63,138 nt of DNA from Rhodospirillales bacterium (GTDB lineage Bacteria; Pseudomonadota; Alphaproteobacteria; Rhodospirillales; 2-12-FULL-67-15). How positions within the stretch are numbered: the first letter of the stretch is position 1; every line of letters begins with the position of its first letter. The notes under the pieces are model-generated. The model was given only the letters and a program-made list of their open reading frames with translations, was not told where the DNA came from and did no database searches. Made by a program: the position numbers and the translations under genes. This document shows, piece by piece, positions 1 through 9,610 of this stretch. The stretch lies in contig VGZQ01000001.1 in the NCBI GenBank assembly GCA_016872535.1, forward strand, positions 1-63,138, in the 5' to 3' direction.

Positions 1-338
1 CACGCATCGACAAGGTCCGCCGCGCGGCCGAGATCGCGCGCGCCCGCGCCCCGGATATAGCCATCGACGGCGAGTTGCAGGCCGACAGCGCGCTGGTCGC
101 CCGCGTCGCCGAGCGCAAGATCAAGGACGCCAGCGCCGTCGCCGGGCGCGCCAACGTGCTGGTCTTTCCTGACCTCGATTCCGGAAACATCGCCTACAAG
201 CTGGTCCAGCACCTGGGCGGCGCCGGCGCCATCGGCCCGGTGCTGCAGGGCTTCGCCCGTCCGATCAGCGATTTGTCGCGCGGCGCCACCGCCGACGATA
301 TCGCCGCGGCCGCCGCCATCCTGCTCGCGCAAGCCTGA
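1..338 (+). CDS. pta: phosphate acetyltransferase, C-terminal fragment (5' end lies outside the window)
   Basis: Frame 3 is open from the window edge. The translation (...[12 protein letters not shown]...[30 protein letters not shown]...) matches the conserved Pta C-terminal core. The M at 75 in the ORF track is an internal TTG. Confidence 0.85.
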   Translation, partial: RIDKVRRAAEIARARAPDIAIDGELQADSALVARVAERKIKDASAVAGRANVLVFPDLDSGNIAYKLVQHLGGAGAIGPVLQGFARPISDLSRGATADDIAAAAAILLAQA

Positions 339-340
339 AG

Positions 341-1066
341 TCAGAGAACGAGACCGACGATCGCGGTGACGATCACCAACCCCAGGACCGTGCGCCGGAC
401 CACCGCGTCGGAAGCGCGGCGATGAGTGCGGGTGCCTAATATCACGCTCGCGAGGTAGATCGGCGTCAGGACCAGAATCGCGACCGTGTCGCCCGCCGCG
501 AGTGCGCCGCGCCAGGTCAACAGCGCGATCAGCAAAATGGTCCCGAAAAAAACCCAAATAATGAAGTCGGCGCGGTTTTGTGCCGCGCTCCGGTGTCCAG
601 CGCCGAGAAAAAGCGGCGTTACCGCCGCGATCGCCGTCGAGCCCATGACGAAGCCGCTCAAGGCGCCGATCCCGACGTAGCCCGGCGCGCCGAGGACGCT
701 GCGGAGCCGCCAGCCGGTCAGCAACACCAGCGCCATCAGCAGGATCGAGGCGCAGATGATTCTCTTCATCAATACCGGGTCGACGCTCAACAGAACGTGG
801 GCGCCGACCGGCATGGCGATGGCGGTGCCGATCAGCAACGGAATGACCACGCCGCGCGAACTGTCGGCGCGGGCATCGGGGATCAGATGCACGTTGGAAA
901 AAATATCGATCCACATCATGACGCCGACCGCGACCGGTGGCGAGAGAAAGAAGCTGAGGATCGGCAGCATGAACAGCGGGCCGCCGAACCCGGCGAACCC
1001 GCGCAGGAATCCGCCGATCACCGCCGCCGGCACCAGAATCCCGTAGAACAAGATTGCGTCGGTCAT
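341..1066 (-). CDS. TauE/SafE-family sulfite/anion exporter-like membrane protein
   Basis: Starts at MTDAILFYGILVPAAVIGGFLRGFAGFGGPLFMLPIL (ATG at 1066). Polytopic and glycine-rich, typical of TauE/SafE. The start overlaps the ackA stop by 4 nt. Confidence 0.75.
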   Translation of the reverse strand: MTDAILFYGILVPAAVIGGFLRGFAGFGGPLFMLPILSFFLSPPVAVGVMMWIDIFSNVHLIPDARADSSRGVVIPLLIGTAIAMPVGAHVLLSVDPVLMKRIICASILLMALVLLTGWRLRSVLGAPGYVGIGALSGFVMGSTAIAAVTPLFLGAGHRSAAQNRADFIIWVFFGTILLIALLTWRGALAAGDTVAILVLTPIYLASVILGTRTHRRASDAVVRRTVLGLVIVTAIVGLVL

Positions 1067-2259
1067 CGCGCGGCCATGAGGCGCAGGGTGTGACGGGCGA
1101 TCACGCTTTCCTCGTCGGTCGGGACCACCCAGGCCGAAACACGCGAATCGCCGCGCGAGATGCGCGTGCCAGCGCGGGCGTTGGCGTCCGCGTCGAAATC
1201 GAGGCCGAGCCAGGCGAGACGGGCGCAAATATCGGCGCGCACCGGCGCGGCTTTCTCCCCGATGCCGCCAGTGAAAACGACTGCGTCCAAGCCGCCGAGC
1301 GCGACCGCGAGCGAACCGAACTCGCGGGCGATGCGATAACCGAAGAACTCGATCGCCTCCTTGGACGCCGGTTCGGGACTGGCAAGCAACGTCTTCATGT
1401 CCGAACTGATTCCCGAAATTCCGAGCAAGCCCGAGCGGTCGTAGAGTAGATACTGGAGCGAACCGATGTCCATCGCTTCCGTCCGCAGCAGATGGAGCAA
1501 CAGGCCGGGATCGATCGCGCCGCTACGGGTCGCCATCGGCACGCCGTCGAGAGTCGAAAAGCCCATAGTCGTCGCGATGCTTTTCCCGCCCAGCACGGCG
1601 GCAAGGCTGCACCCGTTGCCGAGGTGGGCAACGACGGTGCGTTCGGGCAGCGGCTCGCCGGCGATGCGGGCGAACGCGCCGGTCACGTATTCGTAGGAAA
1701 GGCCGTGAAAGCCGTACCGGCGGAGCCCGCGCTCGTGATAAGCGCGCGGCAGGCCGGTCAGGCGCGCGACCGCAGGCTGCGTCGCGTGGAACTGGGTATC
1801 GAAACAGGCGACCTGGACCGCGTCCGGCGCGTGGGCGGCGAGCGCGCGAATGGCGGCGATGTTGTGCGGTTGGTGCTGGGGGGCGAGCGGGGCGAGCGTT
1901 TCCAGCCGTGCCAGGATCGCAGGCGTCAACACCACCGGCCGGTCGAATTCGGAACCGCCGTGAGTGACGCGATGACCCGCCCCGAGGAGACGGGATCCGG
2001 GCACCCAGTCGGCAAGATCGGCGACGATCGCGGCGATCGCCTCGGCGTGGTCGGCCTTCGCGCCGGGCACCGCGCGCGAAGCGGCGAGATCGCGTCCATC
2101 CGCCGCCTGCGCGGTCAGTCGAGGCTCGACGCCAAGGCCGGCGACTTGGCCGCGCACCATCGCCGCCGGTTCGCCTCCGTCGGCGTCGGTGGCGGCCGGA
2201 TAGATCGCGAATTTGACGCTGGAGGAGCCGGCGTTGATGACGGCGATGTGGCCGGTCAT
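1063..2259 (-). CDS. ackA: acetate kinase
   Basis: MTGHIAVINAGSSSVKFAIY... N-terminal ASKHA motif. The rest includes HRVTHGG, FDTQFH and HLGNGCS. I trimmed the 5' end to the ATG at 2259. Confidence 0.9.
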   Translation of the reverse strand: MTGHIAVINAGSSSVKFAIYPAATDADGGEPAAMVRGQVAGLGVEPRLTAQAADGRDLAASRAVPGAKADHAEAIAAIVADLADWVPGSRLLGAGHRVTHGGSEFDRPVVLTPAILARLETLAPLAPQHQPHNIAAIRALAAHAPDAVQVACFDTQFHATQPAVARLTGLPRAYHERGLRRYGFHGLSYEYVTGAFARIAGEPLPERTVVAHLGNGCSLAAVLGGKSIATTMGFSTLDGVPMATRSGAIDPGLLLHLLRTEAMDIGSLQYLLYDRSGLLGISGISSDMKTLLASPEPASKEAIEFFGYRIAREFGSLAVALGGLDAVVFTGGIGEKAAPVRADICARLAWLGLDFDADANARAGTRISRGDSRVSAWVVPTDEESVIARHTLRLMAAR

Positions 2260-2287
2260 GGGCCTCCCTTGGCCACGTGCCAGCCGT

Positions 2288-3181
2288 TCAGGTCGCGGCG
2301 GGCGCCCGGACGCGGGCCAGCGCACGCGTCAGCGCGGGCGCGAGGCCGGAAGGCAGATCGACGACATTGACCCCGGCCGCTTCAAGGGCGCGGCGCTTGG
2401 AATCATAGGTGCCGCGATCGCCCAGGACAATGGCGCCGGCGTGGCCCATGCGCTTGCCGGGCGGCGCGGCGCGGCCGGCGATGAACGAAACCACCGGCTT
2501 GGTCATGGTCCTGGCGTAGTCGGCCGCCGCTTCTTCCGCCGCGCCGCCGATTTCGCCAACCAGCACCACGGCGTCGGTGCCGGGATCCTTTTCGAAGATT
2601 TCGAGCGCGTCGCGGCTGGTGGTGCCGATGATGGCGTCACCGCCGATGCCGTAGAACGCCGACTGGCCGAACCCGGCGCGAGTCAGCACGAGGCATACGA
2701 GAGTGCCGAGACTGCCGCTCCGGGAAATCACGCCGATCCGCCCCGGCTTGAACACGTTGGTGTTGAAGCCCGGCATGATGCCGACGAAGCCTTCGCCCGG
2801 CGTAACCAAGCCGGCGGTGTTGGGGCCGACGACGCGGGTGCCCTTCGCCTTGGCCTGGGCGAGCACCGCCATCACGTCCTGAGCGGGGATATGTTCGGTC
2901 AGCATGACGATCAGCTTGGCGCCGGCGGCAATGGCGTCTTCGGCCGCCGCGCGCGCCCCCATGGGCGGCACAAACTGGACGGAGACGTCGAAGGGAGTTT
3001 TCTTCGCCGCTTCCTGGGCCGAGGCGAATACCGGAAGGCCGAGATGAGTCTCTCCCGCCTTCTTCGGGTTGACCCCGCCGACCACGCGCGTTCCGCATTC
3101 GATCATCTTTTCGGTCCAGAAGGTCCCTTGCTTGCCGGTGATGCCCTGAACCAGCACCCGGTGTTCGCGTCGAACGATCAT
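2288..3181 (-). CDS. SucD-like CoA-ligase alpha subunit (ADP-forming acyl-CoA synthetase)
   Basis: [21 protein letters not shown]... CoA-binding fold, SRSGSLG, and the phosphohistidine loop GHAGAI. The ATGA start overlaps the upstream beta-subunit stop. Confidence 0.85.
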   Translation of the reverse strand: MIVRREHRVLVQGITGKQGTFWTEKMIECGTRVVGGVNPKKAGETHLGLPVFASAQEAAKKTPFDVSVQFVPPMGARAAAEDAIAAGAKLIVMLTEHIPAQDVMAVLAQAKAKGTRVVGPNTAGLVTPGEGFVGIMPGFNTNVFKPGRIGVISRSGSLGTLVCLVLTRAGFGQSAFYGIGGDAIIGTTSRDALEIFEKDPGTDAVVLVGEIGGAAEEAAADYARTMTKPVVSFIAGRAAPPGKRMGHAGAIVLGDRGTYDSKRRALEAAGVNVVDLPSGLAPALTRALARVRAPAAT

Positions 3182-4302
3182 CGTGCGGCCTCCACGGCGT
3201 TTTTTACCGCGTCGTCCATCAAATCGAACGGTTCGATGCCGAGGCGCGCCTTGACCAGCTTGACCGCTTCCTCCTCGCCGGTGCCGTGGATCGAGAAGAA
3301 AACGGGAATTTTCGGGCGCAGTTCCTCCCACGCCTTGACCACGCCTTCGGCCATCACGTCGGTGCGCGCGAACGCGCCGCAGAAGTTGACCATCAGGCTC
3401 TTGACGCCGGGATTGGCGAGCACCAGTTCGAGCGCGGGTTTGGCCTGGGTATAGGCGTCGCCGCCGATTTCGAGGAAGTTCGCCGGCCGGCCGCCGAAGT
3501 GGCGCACCGCGTCCATGGTGGTCATGGTGAGACCGGCGCCGTTGGCAAGGATGCCGATGTTGCCATCGAGCTCGATGAAGCGGAGCCCGAGCGCGCGCCC
3601 GCGCGCCTCCAACGCCGACAAGGGCTCAACGACGCCCAGTTTGGCGAGCGCCTCCTGGCGCGGCAGCGCGCCGTCGTCCACGGTCAGCTTGCCGTCGAGG
3701 GCGATCAGATCGCCCGTCTTGGTCAGCGCGAGCGGATTGATTTCGACCATTTCCGCGTCGCGCGTGCGATAGAAACCATAGAGCCGGGCGAGCAGATCCG
3801 CGATCTTGGCCCGCGCCGGGCCGAGATCGAGACCCGCGATCATCGCATCCGCGTCCTTGGCAGTGAACCCGGCGAGGATGTCGACCGGGCGGCGGCGAAC
3901 GGCGTTGGCGTCGCGCGCGGCCGCTTCCTCGATGTCCATGCCGCCCAAGGTCGAGAACAGCACCAGCGGGCCCTTGCTGGCGGGATCGTTGAGCACGGCG
4001 GCGTAAAGCTCGCGCGCGATGGCGACGCGCTTTTCCACCAGCAGCCGTTCGACCCGATGGGTGCCCAGCGTTATGCCGAGAATGCGACGCCCTGCCGCCT
4101 CCGCCTCGGCTGGGGAATCGACCAGCGCGATGGCGCCGCCCTTGCCGCGCTTGCCGGCGGGCACCTGCGCCTTGACCGCGACGGGCCCGAGCGTCTGCGC
4201 CGCGGCGGCGGCTTCCGCCGGAGTGGTCGCGAGCCGACCTTCCGGCACCGGAATGCCGACCTCGGCGAATTGTGCCTTGGCGACGTGTTCTTCGAAATTC
4301 AT
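3178..4302 (-). CDS. SucC-like CoA-ligase beta subunit (ATP-grasp)
   Basis: MNFEEHVAKAQFAEVGIPVPEG...VAVKAQVPAGKRGKGGAI resembles the SucC/MtkA N-terminus. 374 aa, translationally coupled to the alpha subunit. Confidence 0.85.
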   Translation of the reverse strand: MNFEEHVAKAQFAEVGIPVPEGRLATTPAEAAAAAQTLGPVAVKAQVPAGKRGKGGAIALVDSPAEAEAAGRRILGITLGTHRVERLLVEKRVAIARELYAAVLNDPASKGPLVLFSTLGGMDIEEAAARDANAVRRRPVDILAGFTAKDADAMIAGLDLGPARAKIADLLARLYGFYRTRDAEMVEINPLALTKTGDLIALDGKLTVDDGALPRQEALAKLGVVEPLSALEARGRALGLRFIELDGNIGILANGAGLTMTTMDAVRHFGGRPANFLEIGGDAYTQAKPALELVLANPGVKSLMVNFCGAFARTDVMAEGVVKAWEELRPKIPVFFSIHGTGEEEAVKLVKARLGIEPFDLMDDAVKNAVEAAR

Positions 4303-4332
4303 CGTTGAAAACCGCCGGTCAGCGGCGCCCGC

Positions 4333-5802
4333 TCAACCACGCCCATGCCGGGCGAAATAGGGCCCGAACAACTCGTCCTCGGTCGGTTTGTCCTCGGGGA
4401 TCACCGTCGAGAGGTGAGTAATGTTGATGAAGTTCCGGTAATTGAGGTTTTCGCTGATGCTGTTGCCGCCCCAGGTACCGCAGCCCATGCTGAGGGTGAA
4501 GTTGAGGCCGTTGTCGAAGCTGCCGCCGTTGCCGAAGGCGTGCGCTTGGTTGACCAGCACGCGCACCACGTCCAGTTCGGACGCCAGCCGCCGGGCGTGG
4601 TCCAAATCGCTCGTGTGCACGCCGCAAGAATGGCCGGCGCCCTGGAAGGCGAGAATTTCGCGCACCCGGGCGATCGCCGCATCGAAATCCCTGGCGCGAT
4701 AGACGGCGAGCGCGAGCGAGAGTTTCTCGCCCGAGAACGGATGGTCGCGCCCGACCCCGGTTTCCTCGACCATGAAGAACTTCGCCTTCTTCGCCGCGTC
4801 GGGAAGCCCGGTCATTTCCGCGAACACCTGCGGGTCCTTGGCGATGATGTGGCGGTTGAGCGAGCCGTTGACCCAGAGCTTTTCCCGGATCGCGGCCTTT
4901 TCCGCCGGGGTGGCGAGATAGCCGCCGACTTTCCTGAGCGCGGCGATCGCCCGGTCGTAGGCGTCGTCGACGATGATCAGTGAGTTTTCCGACGAGCACG
5001 AGGTCGAATTGTCGAACGTCTTGGAGGCGCAAATCTTAGCCGCCGCCTGATCGAAATCGGCGGACGAATCGATAATCACCGGCACGTTGCCGGCGCCGAC
5101 GCCGATCGCCGGCTTGCCCGAGCCGTAGGCGCGCCGCACGTTGTCCTGCGAGCCGGTGACGACGATGAGGTCGCACGCCTCCATCAGCGCCTGGGTCAGG
5201 GTCTTGGACACCGGCGGCGGCAGCACCTGGATCAGATCGGCGGGATGGCCGGCGCGAGTCAATTCGGCGCGCATCATCTCGACCAACCGGAGGGCGGTGC
5301 CTTGGCCCGCGGGCGACGGCGCGATGATGATGGCGTTGCGACCTTTGACCGCCATCATCGCCTTGTTGGCGGGCGTGGCGGCGGGATTGGTGGAGGGACA
5401 GATCGCGCCGACCACGCCGACCGGCTTTGCGTACTGGACGATGCCGCGCTTCGGGTCTTCCGCGATGATTCCGACCGTGCGCGCGCGCAGCAGATCGCGC
5501 AGCGTGCCGAAGGTCTTGCGCTGGTTCTTGACGATCTTGTCGGGCACGTTGCCGAGGCCGGTGTCCCGGACCGCCATTTCGGCGAGCGCCTTGGCCCGGC
5601 CCGGCTCGTAGATGGTCCAGGCGAGCGCGCGCACCGCGTCGTCCACCGTTTCCTGCGAGGCGTTGGCGAACGCCGCCATGGCGGCGCGCGCCTTGGTCAT
5701 CAACTCCGCGACCGTGGCGCGATCCTTTTCCATCTGCTGCGGGTCCCGATCCTTGGTGGCGTCCTTGGCAACAGCTGGAGTCGAGGTGGAAACGTGGCCC
5801 AT
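4333..5802 (-). CDS. CoA-acylating aldehyde dehydrogenase (EutE/PduP/SauS-like)
   Basis: Resembles the aldehyde dehydrogenase part of AdhE: GAICPSTNPAATP, DNSTSCSSENS (catalytic Cys context), HSCGVHT. The start is set to MGHVSTS (ATG at 5802). Confidence 0.8.
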   Translation of the reverse strand: MGHVSTSTPAVAKDATKDRDPQQMEKDRATVAELMTKARAAMAAFANASQETVDDAVRALAWTIYEPGRAKALAEMAVRDTGLGNVPDKIVKNQRKTFGTLRDLLRARTVGIIAEDPKRGIVQYAKPVGVVGAICPSTNPAATPANKAMMAVKGRNAIIIAPSPAGQGTALRLVEMMRAELTRAGHPADLIQVLPPPVSKTLTQALMEACDLIVVTGSQDNVRRAYGSGKPAIGVGAGNVPVIIDSSADFDQAAAKICASKTFDNSTSCSSENSLIIVDDAYDRAIAALRKVGGYLATPAEKAAIREKLWVNGSLNRHIIAKDPQVFAEMTGLPDAAKKAKFFMVEETGVGRDHPFSGEKLSLALAVYRARDFDAAIARVREILAFQGAGHSCGVHTSDLDHARRLASELDVVRVLVNQAHAFGNGGSFDNGLNFTLSMGCGTWGGNSISENLNYRNFINITHLSTVIPEDKPTEDELFGPYFARHGRG

Positions 5803-5917
5803 GGGGCAAGTCCTCCCTGGCAAATGCGGCCCTTGCAAAATCGGCCGGGCGAAATCGGCGATTGCGGCGGGACGTTACACTTCACAAAAAGAGAAGAAAA
5901 TTGAATAAGATTGTTCC

Positions 5918-5932
5918 ATTACTTTAAATAAT
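5918..5932. promoter_or_regulatory. ATTA-N7-TAAT dyad in the divergent promoter; candidate LysR-type operator
   Basis: ATTACTTTAAATAAT lies in the AT-rich 164-bp gap between the aldehyde dehydrogenase operon and the divergent LysR gene. Confidence 0.4.
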
Positions 5933-5966
5933 TTGATGTAATGAGTGAGAATTCCGGGGTTTTTCC

Positions 5967-6842
5967 ATGAGCATTCGCAACCTGCGTACCCTCGTCGCGG
6001 TCGCCGATCACGGCAGCTTCGCGGCCGCCGCCCGCGCCGTCGGGCTCACCCAATCGGCCGTCAGCATGCAGCTGCGCGGTCTCGAAGACGAGTTGCGCGT
6101 CCGGCTCTTCGACCGCCGCCGCCGCCCGCCCACCCTCAACGACCATGGCAAGCGCCTGGTGCGACGCGCGCGCGAGATCCTGGAACTTTACGAGCGCATG
6201 GCCGACGCACCGGGCGCCTCCGTCGACGGCATGGCGGGCCTGCTCGAGGTCGGCGCGATTCCGACCGCGCTGTCGGGGATCGTGCCCAAGGCGCTCGCCG
6301 GCCTGCAGAAAATCCATCCGAACATCGCCGTCAACCTCGTCAACGGCATGTCGGGCGAATTGTTGCCGCGGGTCGAGCGCGGCGAGTTGGATGCCGCCCT
6401 GATCAGCGAGCCGAGCCACGTTCAGGCCGACCTCGTCTGGCGGCCGATCGCAACCGAAAAAATCATCGTCGCGGCGCCGCCGCAAAGCACGGAAAAGACC
6501 GATCGCGAGTTGCTCGCGGCATGGCCCTACATCCGCTACAACCGCCGGGCCTGGGTCGCGCGCCCGATCCAACAGAGTCTGCGCGCGCGGGGATTGCGCC
6601 CGCGCCAAGCGATGGAGCTCGATTCGATCGAATCAATCCTGCTGATGGTCTATTTCGGCCTCGGCGTTGCCATCGTCCCGCAGCGTTGCGTCGAAGGACC
6701 GTATCCCCTGCCGGTACGCTACGTCCCGTTCGGCGAGCCGCCCTTGACGCGCCGCATCGGCCTGATCGAGCGGGTCGGCAACCCCAAGAGCGGCTTAGTC
6801 GGCGCCTTGCACGCCGCTTTCGCCGGGCTGGCCGCGCGTTGA
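5967..6842 (+). CDS. LysR-family transcriptional regulator
   Basis: N-terminal wHTH: MSIRNLRTLVAVADHGSFAAAARAVGLTQSAVSMQLRGLEDEL. 291 aa, divergent from the operon it probably controls. Confidence 0.9.
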   Translation: MSIRNLRTLVAVADHGSFAAAARAVGLTQSAVSMQLRGLEDELRVRLFDRRRRPPTLNDHGKRLVRRAREILELYERMADAPGASVDGMAGLLEVGAIPTALSGIVPKALAGLQKIHPNIAVNLVNGMSGELLPRVERGELDAALISEPSHVQADLVWRPIATEKIIVAAPPQSTEKTDRELLAAWPYIRYNRRAWVARPIQQSLRARGLRPRQAMELDSIESILLMVYFGLGVAIVPQRCVEGPYPLPVRYVPFGEPPLTRRIGLIERVGNPKSGLVGALHAAFAGLAAR

Positions 6843-6922
6843 GCGCACATTTCGATTAGGCTATAGTCGCCCGCCGGATCGGCACCGCATGCCGAGCCCT
6901 TATAATAGAGGAGAGCCACGAC

Positions 6923-7513
6923 ATGGCCCCGCGGATCGCCACTCTTATTTCCGCCCTGCCCGAAACGACGCCGCTCGGGCACGCGGTACGCAACACCTTG
7001 CTCGCGCTCGCCGGCACCGCGATCATCGCCGTTTCCGCCAAAATCCAGGTGCCGTTCTGGCCGGTGCCGATGACCATGCAGACGCTGGCCATCGTGGTCA
7101 TCGCCATGGCGTTCGGCGCCAAACTCGGCTTCGCCACTCTGGCACTTTATTTGTTCGAAGGCGCGATCGGCCTGCCGGTGTTCGCCGGCACGCCCGAAAA
7201 AGGCATCGGCCTTCCCTACATGCTCGGGCCGACCGGGGGCTATCTGGTCGGATTCGTGGCCGCCGCCTGGCTTGCCGGCTGGCTCGCGGAGAAGGGGTGG
7301 GATCGCACCTTCCTCAAGGCGACGGCGGTCAATTTCGTCGCGACCGTGGTCGTGTTCGTTTTCGGCCTCGCCTGGCTGGTGCCGATGTACGGGTTTTCCA
7401 AATCGGTCGCCGTCGGCGTGACGCCGTTTCTGCTGTCGTCCGCGTTCAAGATCGTGCTCGGCGGCGCGCTGCTGCCGGCGGCCTGGTCGTTGGTCCGGCG
7501 GCTCAGGAATTAA
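6923..7513 (+). CDS. bioY: BioY-family biotin transporter S-component
   Basis: 196 aa, 5-6 TM. Contains AKIQVPFWPVPMTMQTLAIV and GPTGGYLVGF, which are characteristic of BioY. Confidence 0.85.
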   Translation: MAPRIATLISALPETTPLGHAVRNTLLALAGTAIIAVSAKIQVPFWPVPMTMQTLAIVVIAMAFGAKLGFATLALYLFEGAIGLPVFAGTPEKGIGLPYMLGPTGGYLVGFVAAAWLAGWLAEKGWDRTFLKATAVNFVATVVVFVFGLAWLVPMYGFSKSVAVGVTPFLLSSAFKIVLGGALLPAAWSLVRRLRN

Positions 7514-7531
7514 GGCGCGCGGGCGAGAATC

Positions 7532-7572
7532 GTCATGCGAACGCATGCCTAACGGCATGACGCGCGCTTTTT
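7532..7572 (+). terminator. putative rho-independent terminator after bioY
   Basis: GTCATGC...GCATGAC stem extended by GCGCGC and followed by TTTTT. It sits between the convergent genes bioY and tctA. Confidence 0.5.
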
Positions 7573-7585
7573 CAACGACGCGCCC

Positions 7586-9079
7586 CTATCGGGGCGATCG
7601 TTTCGCGTAAAAGCGAATCAGTGACGGCAACACGAGCAGGATCGCGGCGAGCGCGAACAGTGCCGCCGCGATCGGCTTTTCCACGAACACCCACCAGTCG
7701 CCCTGGGCGATCTGCAGCGCGCGGCGGAACTGAACCTCGGCCATCGGCCCGAGGATCAGTCCCACCACCACCGGCGCCAGCGGATAATCGAGACGCTTCA
7801 AGACGAACCCGAGCAATCCGACCCCGGCCAGAATGGCGATGTCGGCGATCGCGCGCGACGCGCCGAACACGCCGAGCACCGCGAACAGCACGATGCCGCC
7901 TTGCAGCCACGGGCGCGGAATATGGAGCAGCCGGACCCAAAGCCCGGCCATCGGCAGGTTCAGCACCAGCAGCATGGCGTTGCCGATGAACAGGCTGGCG
8001 ATCAGCCCCCACACCAAGGCGGCGTTGTTGGCGAACAGAAGCGGCCCCGGATTGATGCCGTATTGTTGGAAGGCGGCGAGCATGATCGCCGCCGTCGCCG
8101 AAGTCGGCAATCCGAAGGTGAGCAACGGCACCAAAACGCCCGCGACCGCGGCGTTGTTGGCGGCCTCGGGCCCGGCGACGCCCTCGATCGCGCCTCGGCC
8201 GAATTCCTCCTTGCGGGGCGACAGGTCGCGCTCGACCCGGTAGGACAGAAACGTCGGCAGCTCGGTGCCCCCCGCCGGCAGCGCGCCCAGCGGAAACCCG
8301 ATCGCGGTGCCGCGCAGCCACGGCTTCCACGAACGCCGCCATTCCTCGGCGGTCATGGCGAGCGAGCCCTTGAGCGGAGCCATGCTTTCCTGGCGCAAGT
8401 CCCGACGCGACGCGAAATAGAGCGCCTCGCCCAGCGCGAACAGGCCGACCGCGACCACCACCACGCCGATGCCGTCGAGCAACTCGAGCAGGCCGAAGGC
8501 GTAGCGCGCCTGGCCCGACTGCTGATCGATGCCGACCAGGCCCAGCGCGAGGCCCAGGAACAGCGCCACCAGCCCGCGCCGCACGGACGAGCCGAGCATG
8601 GACGAAATAGCGACGAAGGCGACGCACATCAGGGCGAAATATTCCGCCGGGCCGAACAGCAGGGCGAGCTTGACCACCTCGGGCGCGAGCAGTGCGAGCA
8701 GAAAAGTACCGATCACTCCGGCGACGAACGAACCGATCGCCGCGGTGGCGAGCGCGGCGGCGCCGCGCCCCCGCCGCGCCATCTGGTGACCGTCGAGGGT
8801 GGTGACGATCGAGCCGGTTTCGCCCGGCGTATTGATCAGGATCGAGGTGGTGGAGGAGCCGTACATGGCGCCGTAGTAGATGCCGCCGAAGACGATGAAC
8901 GCGGCGGTCGGGTCGATCTTGTAGGTGACGGGCAACAGCAGCGCGATGGTCAGCGCCGGGCCAATGCCGGGCAGCACGCCGATGAAGGTGCCGAGCGTCA
9001 CGCCCACCAGCGACCAGACGAGGTTGGTCGGCGTGAAGGCGATCGCGAACCCCGAGGCGAGACCGGCGAGCGCTTCCAT
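7586..9079 (-). CDS. tctA: tripartite tricarboxylate transporter, large permease TctA
   Basis: 497 aa polytopic protein. [11 protein letters not shown]...[17 protein letters not shown] is typical of TctA. Confidence 0.9.
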   Translation of the reverse strand: MEALAGLASGFAIAFTPTNLVWSLVGVTLGTFIGVLPGIGPALTIALLLPVTYKIDPTAAFIVFGGIYYGAMYGSSTTSILINTPGETGSIVTTLDGHQMARRGRGAAALATAAIGSFVAGVIGTFLLALLAPEVVKLALLFGPAEYFALMCVAFVAISSMLGSSVRRGLVALFLGLALGLVGIDQQSGQARYAFGLLELLDGIGVVVVAVGLFALGEALYFASRRDLRQESMAPLKGSLAMTAEEWRRSWKPWLRGTAIGFPLGALPAGGTELPTFLSYRVERDLSPRKEEFGRGAIEGVAGPEAANNAAVAGVLVPLLTFGLPTSATAAIMLAAFQQYGINPGPLLFANNAALVWGLIASLFIGNAMLLVLNLPMAGLWVRLLHIPRPWLQGGIVLFAVLGVFGASRAIADIAILAGVGLLGFVLKRLDYPLAPVVVGLILGPMAEVQFRRALQIAQGDWWVFVEKPIAAALFALAAILLVLPSLIRFYAKRSPR

Positions 9080-9092
9080 GCCCGGATTCCCG

Positions 9093-9593
9093 CTAGCGCG
9101 ATCTCAGGATCGATTCGAGTGCGCCACCCCACGACAGCGGCAGGCCGAGGAAATGCGCGAACAGCAGGGTCGCCGCCAGCGCCAGCGCAAGGCCGAGGAC
9201 AAAATCGCGCCCGGACCTCGGCGAGCCGAAACCGCGCGCGACGCACGCGAACAGTAGGGCGGCCGCCAGCGGAAAGCCGACCGGCCCGACCAGCAGGCCG
9301 AACGCCGCGAGGCTCGCGAGGATCCAGGCGAAGCCGCGCCAATCGTTGTCGGTCGCGCCACCGTCGTCGGAAGCGTCGCCTCGGGCGGGCGCTTGCGCTT
9401 GCAGCCGCTCGGCCACGGTCGCAAGCCCGAGCAGCAGCAGCCCGGCGCCGACGATGCGCGGCATCAGCGCCGGACCCCACGGCGCCGGCGAGAGGATGTC
9501 TTCCGCCGCCGCCAGCACGAACACGCCGAGGGCGGCGACGCCGGCGCCGAACAACGCCTCGGGCGAACGCGCCAGGCGCACGATCCGCCCCAT
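9093..9593 (-). CDS. tctB: tripartite tricarboxylate transporter, small subunit TctB
   Basis: 166 aa, 4 TM. Trimmed to the ATG at 9593 ([18 protein letters not shown]...). Located between tctC and tctA. Confidence 0.75.
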   Translation of the reverse strand: MGRIVRLARSPEALFGAGVAALGVFVLAAAEDILSPAPWGPALMPRIVGAGLLLLGLATVAERLQAQAPARGDASDDGGATDNDWRGFAWILASLAAFGLLVGPVGFPLAAALLFACVARGFGSPRSGRDFVLGLALALAATLLFAHFLGLPLSWGGALESILRSR

Positions 9594-9610
9594 CCGGGCG
9601 CGCGCCGTTT

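Noticed and set aside
2288-4302. Calling the SucCD-like pair housekeeping succinyl-CoA synthetase, or serine-cycle malate thiokinase (mtkAB).
   Set aside because: No TCA genes (sucAB, mdh) or serine-cycle genes (mcl, ppc, hpr) are adjacent. The genes are operonic with an acylating aldehyde dehydrogenase, ackA and a TauE exporter. Specificity cannot be decided from sequence, so I left the gene symbols empty.
6843-6922. BioR/BirA-type operator upstream of bioY (cttataatagagg).
   Set aside because: As I recall it, the alphaproteobacterial BioR box is TTATMKATAA. The sequence here differs from it at two or more positions and has no clear dyad, so I do not call it.
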